From the human T2T-CHM13v2.0 reference genome, Homo sapiens, in NCBI RefSeq assembly GCF_009914755.1, contig NC_060946.1: a DNA stretch of 64,000 nucleotides; one strand, 5' to 3'. Below the pieces are notes generated by a model, which was not told the DNA's origin, did not search any database, and was given only the letters and a program-made list of their open reading frames with translations. Below, piece by piece: positions 57,201-64,000 of this stretch (positions are counted from its first letter, which is position 1; each line of letters starts with the position of its first letter). Position numbers and translations under genes: made by a program.

Positions 57201-60200
57201 CTAGTCTCTGCCTACGATGGCATTGTGACATATTTCTGCACTAATCATCCAAGTGATGTAACTCTTGTCTAGGATCTGCCTACATTAACTTTGTGACATA
57301 ATCCTGTACTGATCATCCAGGTGATGGGGTTTTTGTCTAGGCTCTGCCTAAGGGGGCATTGTGACATATTTCTGCATTGATCACCCAGGTGGCGAACTCT
57401 TCTCTTGGATCTGCCTATGGGGGCATTGTGACAAATCTCTGCACTGATCACCCAGGTGTCATAACTGTTGTGTAACTTCTGCCTACAGGGTAATTGTGAG
57501 AGATCTCGCCACTGATCACCCAAGTGATGTAACCGTTGTCTAGGCTTTGCGTACAGTGGGCTTTGTGACATACCTTTGCACTGATCACCCAGGTGATGTA
57601 ACACATCTAAGTTCGGCCTAAAGGAACTTTGTGACATATCTCTGCACTGATCACTTAGGTGATGTAACACTTTTATAAGCACTGCCTATAGGGAATTTTG
57701 ACAAATCTGTACACTGATCACCTAGGTGATGTAACTCTTGTCTACCCTCTGTCCAACGGGGCATTGTGTAATATCTCTGCACTGATGACCCAGGTGATTC
57801 AACTCTTGACTAGGATCTGCCTACAGAGGTTATTGTGAAATATCTCTGCACTGATAAACTAGGTGGTGTAACCCTTGTCCAAGTTCTGCCTACAGGGGCG
57901 TTTTCACATATCCCTGAACTGATGACAAAGGTGATGTAGCTCTTGCCTAGGCTTTGCCTACAGGGGACATTGGACATATATCTGCACTGATCAACCAGGT
58001 GATGCAACTCTTGCCTAGGCTTTGCCTACAGGGGACATTGTGACATATGTCTTCAATGATCACCAAAGTGATGCAACTCTTGCATAGGCTTTGCCTACAT
58101 TGGACATTGTGACATATCTCTGCACTGATTTCCCAGGTGCTGTAACTTTAGGCTAGGCTCTGGCTACACGGCATTGTGACATATCACCACACTGATCAAC
58201 CAGGTGATATAACCCCTGTATAGGCTCTGCCTACAGGGGGCTTGTGACATATCTCTGCACGGATCACCCAGGTGATATAGCTCTTCTCTAGGATCTGCCG
58301 ACAGGGTGCTTTGTGACATATCCCTGCACTGATCACCCAGGTGATCTAACTCTGGTCTAAGCTCTTCCTAAAGGGGCATTGTGACAGATCTCTGCACTGA
58401 TCACTCAGGTGATGTAACTGTTGTCTAGGCTCTGCTTCAAGAGGCCTTGTCACAAATCTCTGCACTGATCACCCAGGTGATGTAACTCTTGTCTAGGCTC
58501 TGCTTCCAGGGCATATTGTGACATATCTATGCACTGTTCACCTTAGTGATGTAACACTTGTGTAGGCTCGGCCTACAGGGGAATCTTGACATATCTCTGC
58601 ACTGTTAACCGAGGTGATTTAACTCTTCTCTAGCCTGTGCCCACAGGGGGATTGAGACATATCTCTGCACTGATCCCGAGGTGATCCAACTCTTGCCTGG
58701 TCTCTGCCTACTGGGGACATTGTGACATATCTCTGCACTGATCTCCCTTGTGCTGCAACTTTAGTCTAGGCTCTGGCTACACGACATTGTGACATATCAG
58801 TGCACTGATCACATAGGTGATATAACTCTTGTCTAGGCTCTGCCTACAATGGTCTTGTGACATATCTCTGCACTGATCACCCAGGTGATATAACTGTTCT
58901 CTAGGATCTGAACACAGGGTGCTTTGTGACATATCCTTGCAATGATCACCCAGGTGATATACCACTAGCCAAGGCTCTGCCTACAGGGGCATTGCAATGC
59001 ATCTCAGCACTGATCACCTAGGTCTTGTAACTCTTTTCTAGGATCTGCCTACAGGGTGCTTTGTGACATATCCCAGCAAGGATTACCCAGGTGATGTACC
59101 GCTCATCAAGGCTCTGCCTACAGGCACATTGCGATGTATCTCTGCACTGATCACCTAGGTCATGTAACTTTGTCTAGTCTCTGCCTACGATGGCATTGTG
59201 ACATATTTCTGCACTAATCATCCAAGTGATGTAACTCTTGTCTAGGATCTGCCTACATTAACTTTGTGACATAATCCTGTACTGATCATCCAGGTGATGG
59301 GGTTTCTCTCTAGGCTCTGCCTAAGGGGGCATTGTGACATATTTCTGCATTGATCACCCAGGTGGCGAACTCTTCTCTTGGATCTGCCTATGGGGGCATT
59401 GTGACAAATCTCTGCACTGATCACCCAGGTGTCATAACTGTTGTGTAACCTCTGCCTACAGGGGAATTGTGAGAGATCTCGCCACTGATCACCCAAGTGA
59501 TGTAACCACTGTCTAGGCTTTGCGTTCAGGGGGCTTTGTGACATACCTTTGCACTGATCACCCAGGTGATGTAACACATCTAAGTTCGGCCTAAAGGAGC
59601 TTTGTGACATATCTCTGCACTGATCACTTAGGTGATGTAACACTTTTATAAGCACTGCCTACAGGGAATTCTGACAAATCTGTACACTGATCACCTAGGT
59701 GATGTAACTCTTGTCTACCCTCTGTCCAACGGGGCATTGTGAAATATCTCTGCACTGATCACCCAGGTGATTCAACTCTTGACTAGGATCTGCCTACAGA
59801 GGTTATTGTGAAATATCTCTGCACTGATAAACTAGGTGGTGTAACCCTTGTCCAAGTTCTGCCTACAGGGGCGTTTTCACATATCCCTGAACTGATGACA
59901 AAGGTGATGTAGCTCTTGCCTAGGCTTTGCCTACAGGGGACATTGGACATATATCTGCATTGATCAACCAGGTGATGCAACTCTTGCCTAGGCTTTGCCT
60001 ACAGGGGACATTGTGACATATCTCTTCAATGATCACACATGTGATGCAACTCTTGCCTAGGCTTTGCCTACAGGGGACAGTGTGACATATCTGTGCACTG
60101 ATTTCCCAGGTTCTGTAACTTTAGGCTAGGCTCTGGCTACACGGCATTGTGACATATCACTGCACTGATCAACCACGTGATATAACCCCTGTATAGGCTC

Positions 60201-63200
60201 TGCCTACAGGGGGCTTGTGACATATCTCTGCACGGATCACCCAGGTGATATAGCTCTTCTCTAGGATATGCCTACAGGGTGCTTTGTGACATATCCCTGC
60301 ACTGATCACCCAGGTGATCTAACTCTGGTCTAAGCTCTTCCTAAAGGGGCATTGTGACAGATCTCTGCACTGATCACTCAGGTGATGTAACTGTTGTCTA
60401 GGCTCTGCTTCAAGGGGCCTTGTCACAAATCTCTGCACTGATCACCCAGGTGATGTAACTCTTGTCTAGGCTCTGCTTCCAGGGCATATTGTGACATATC
60501 TATGCACTGATCGCCTTAGTGATGTAACACTTGTGTAGGCTCGGCCTACAGGGGAATCTTGACATATCTCTGCACTGTTAACCGAGGTGGTTTAACTCTT
60601 CTCTAGGCTGTGCCCACAGGGGGATTGAGACATATCTCTGCACTGATCCCGAGGTGATCCAACTCTTGCCTGGTGTCTGCCTACTGGGGACATTGTGACA
60701 TATCTCTGCACTGATCTCCCTTGTGCTGCAACTTTAGTCTAGGCTCTGGCTACACGACATTGTGACATATCAGTGCACTGATCACATAGGTGATATAACT
60801 CTTGTCTAGGCTCTGCCTACAATGTTCTTGTGACATATCTCTGCACTGATCACCCAGGTGATATAACTATTCTCTAGGATCTGACCACAGGGTGCTTTGT
60901 GACATATCCCTGCAATGATCACCCAGGTGATATACCACTAGCCAAGGCTCTGCCTACAGGGGCATTGCAATGTATCTCAGCACTGATCACCTAGGTCTTG
61001 TAACTCTTTTCTAGGATCTGCCTACAGGGTGCTTTGTGACATATCCCAGCAAGGATTACCCAGGTGATGTACCGCTCATCAAGGCTCTGCCTACAGGCAC
61101 ATTGCGATGTATCTCTGCACTGATCACCTAGGTCATGTAACTTTGTCTAGTCTCTGCCTACGATGGCATTGTGACATATTTCTGCACTAATCATCCAAGT
61201 GATGTAACTCTTGTCTAGGATCTGCCTACATTAACTTTGTGACATAATCCTGTACTGATCATCCAGGTGATGGGGTTTTTGTCTAGGCTCTGCCTAAGGG
61301 GGCATTGTGACATATTTCTGCATTGATCACCCAGGTGGCGAACTCTTCTCTTGGATCTGCCTATGGGGGCATTGTGACAAATCTCTGCACTGATCACCCA
61401 GGTGTCATAACTGTTGTGTAACTTCTGCCTACAGGGTAATTGTGAGAGATCTCGCCACTGATCACCCAAGTGATGTAACCGTTGTCTAGGCTTTGCGTAC
61501 AGTGGGCTTTGTGACATACCTTTGCACTGATCACCCAGGTGATGTAACACATCTAAGTTCGGCCTAAAGGAACTTTGTGACATATCTCTGCACTGATCAC
61601 TTAGGTGATGTAACACTTTTATAAGCACTGCCTATAGGGAATTTTGACAAATCTGTACACTGATCACCTAGGTGATGTAACTCTTGTCTACCCTCTGTCC
61701 AACGGGGCATTGTGTAATATCTCTGCACTGATGACCCAGGTGATTCAACTCTTGACTAGGATCTGCCTACAGAGGTTATTGTGAAATATCTCTGCACTGA
61801 TAAACTAGGTGGTGTAACCCTTGTCCAAGTTCTGCCTACAGGGGCGTTTTCACATATCCCTGAACTGATGACAAAGGTGATGTAGCTCTTGCCTAGGCTT
61901 TGCCTACAGGGGACATTGGACATATATCTGCACTGATCAACCAGGTGATGCAACTCTTGCCTAGGCTTTGCCTACAGGGGACATTGTGACATATGTCTTC
62001 AATGATCACCAAAGTGATGCAACTCTTGCATAGGCTTTGCCTACATTGGACATTGTGACATATCTCTGCACTGATTTCCCAGGTGCTGTAACTTTAGGCT
62101 AGGCTCTGGCTACACGGCATTGTGACATATCACCACACTGATCAACCAGGTGATATAACCCCTGTATAGGCTCTGCCTACAGGGGGCTTGTGACATATCT
62201 CTGCACGGATCACCCAGGTGATATAGCTCTTCTCTAGGATCTGCCTACAGGATGCTTTGTGACATATCCCTGCACTGATCACCCAGGTGATCTAACTCTG
62301 GTCTAAGCTCTTCCTAAAGGGGCATTGTGACAGATCTCTGCACTGATCACTCAGGTGATGTAACTGTTGTCTAGGCTCTGCTTCAAGGGGCCTTGTCACA
62401 AATCTCTGCACTGATCACCCAGGTGATGTAACTCTTGTTTAGGCTCTGCTTCCAGGGCATATTGTGACATATCTATGCACTGATCACCTTAGTGATGTAA
62501 CACTTGTGTAGGCTCGGCCTACAGGGGAATCTTGACATATCTCTGCACTGTTAACCGAGGTGATTTAACTCTTCTCTAGGCTGTGCCCACAGGGGGATTG
62601 AGACATATCTCTGCACTGATCCCGAGGTGATCCAACTCTTGCCTGGTCTCTGCCTACTGGGGACATTGTGACATATCTCTGCACTGATCTCCCTTGTGCT
62701 GCAACTTTAGTCTAGGCTCTGGCTACACGACATTGTGACATATCAGTGCACTGATCACATAGGTGATATAACTCTTGTCTAGGCTCTGCCTACAATGGTC
62801 TTGTGACATATCTCTGCACTGATCACCCAGGTGATATAACTATTCTCTAGGATCTGAACACAGGGTGCTTTGTGATATATCCTTGCAATGATCACCCAGG
62901 TGATATACCACTAGCCAAGGCTCTGCCTACAGGGGCATTGCAATGCATCTCAGCACTGATCACCTAGGTCTTGTAACTCTTTTCTAGGATCTGCCTACAG
63001 GGTGCTTTGTGACATATCCCAGCAAGGATTACCCAGGTGATGTACCGCTCATCAAGGCTCTGCCTACAGGCACATTGCGATGTATCTCTGCACTGATCAC
63101 CTAGGTCATGTAACTTTGTCTAGTCTCTGCCTACGATGGCATTGTGACATATTTCTGCACTAATCATCCAAGTGATGTAACTCTTGTCTAGGATCTGCCT

Positions 63201-64000
63201 ACATTAACTTTGTGACATAATCCTGTACTGATCATCCAGGTGATGGGGTTTCTCTCTAGGCTCTGCCTAAGGGGGCATTGTGACATATTTCTGCATTGAT
63301 CACCCAGGTGGCGAACTCTTCTCTTGGATCTGCCTATGGGGGCATTGTGACAAATCTCTGCACTGATCACCCAGGTGTCATAACTGTTGTGTAACCTCTG
63401 CCTACAGGGGAATTGTGAGAGATCTCGCCACTGATCACCCAAGTGATGTAACCACTGTCTAGGCTTTGCGTTCAGGGGGCTTTGTGACATACCTTTGCAC
63501 TGATCACCCAGGTGATGTAACACATCTAAGTTCGGCCTAAAGGAGCTTTGTGACATATCTCTGCACTGATCACTTAGGTGATGTAACACTTTTATAAGCA
63601 CTGCCTACAGGGAATTCTGACAAATCTGTACACTGATCACCTAGGTGATGTAACTCTTGTCTACCCTCTGTCCAACGGGGCATTGTGAAATATCTCTGCA
63701 CTGATGACCCAGGTGATTCAACTCTTGACTAGGATCTGCCTACAGAGGTTATTGTGAAATATCTCTGCACTGATAAACTAGGTGGTGTAACCCTTGTCCA
63801 AGTTCTGCCTACAGGGGCGTTTTCACATATCCCTGAACTGATGACAAAGGTGATGTAGCTCTTGCCTAGGCTTTGCCTACAGGGGACATTGGACATATAT
63901 CTGCACTGATCAACCAGGTGATGCAACTCTTGCCTAGGCTTTGCCTACAGGGGACATTGTGACATATCTCTTCAATGATCACCCATGCGATGCAACTCTT
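48209..64000. repeat. Beta satellite (68-bp Sau3A/BSR) array with a 1973-bp 29-mer higher-order repeat
   Basis: Monomer 'gatcacccaggtgatgtaactcttgtctaggctctgcctacaggggcattgtgacatatctctgcact' (68 bp). Homologous ORF-track landmarks at 48563, 50467, 52441, 53869, 55296, 57269, 59242, 61215 and 63188 give periods of 1904, 1974, 1428, 1427 and then 1973 four times. Confidence 0.98.

Noticed and set aside
48563-63926. Recurrent 137-aa and 65-aa ORFs (MLIKVLHH..., MHHLVDQC...)
   Set aside because: They recur only because the beta-satellite HOR recurs. They were used as period landmarks, not called as genes.

Overview
Primate (human or great-ape) pericentromeric or acrocentric-short-arm-type DNA with no supportable protein-coding gene. 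It has three zones. (1) 1-25.5 kb is AT-rich and rich in interspersed repeats: a full-length but inactivated L1PA4-like element, three 5'-truncated L1PA copies with TSDs, one internal L1PA fragment, four Alus, MER47A, MER21C, MER5A, an ERV1-class solo LTR, and MIR/L2/L1M relics. (2) 25.5-48.2 kb is a diverged satellite III (CATTC/CACTC) array. Its first ~9.9 kb is a composite satellite in which a ~55-bp antisense Alu 3'-end fragment recurs 29 times, with a discernible 4-unit higher-order cycle. The remaining ~12.8 kb lacks this cassette. (3) 48.2-64 kb is a 68-bp beta-satellite array with a 1973-bp (29-mer) higher-order repeat, 28-mer and 21-mer variants at the array edge, and a 3946-bp duplication. 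The most notable observations are the Alu-cassette/SatIII composite, the readable HOR history of the beta array, a short L1 3' transduction, a 152-bp templated insertion inside an LTR, and the two satellite junctions. Subfamily names come from recalled consensus sequences and need RepeatMasker/Dfam confirmation.
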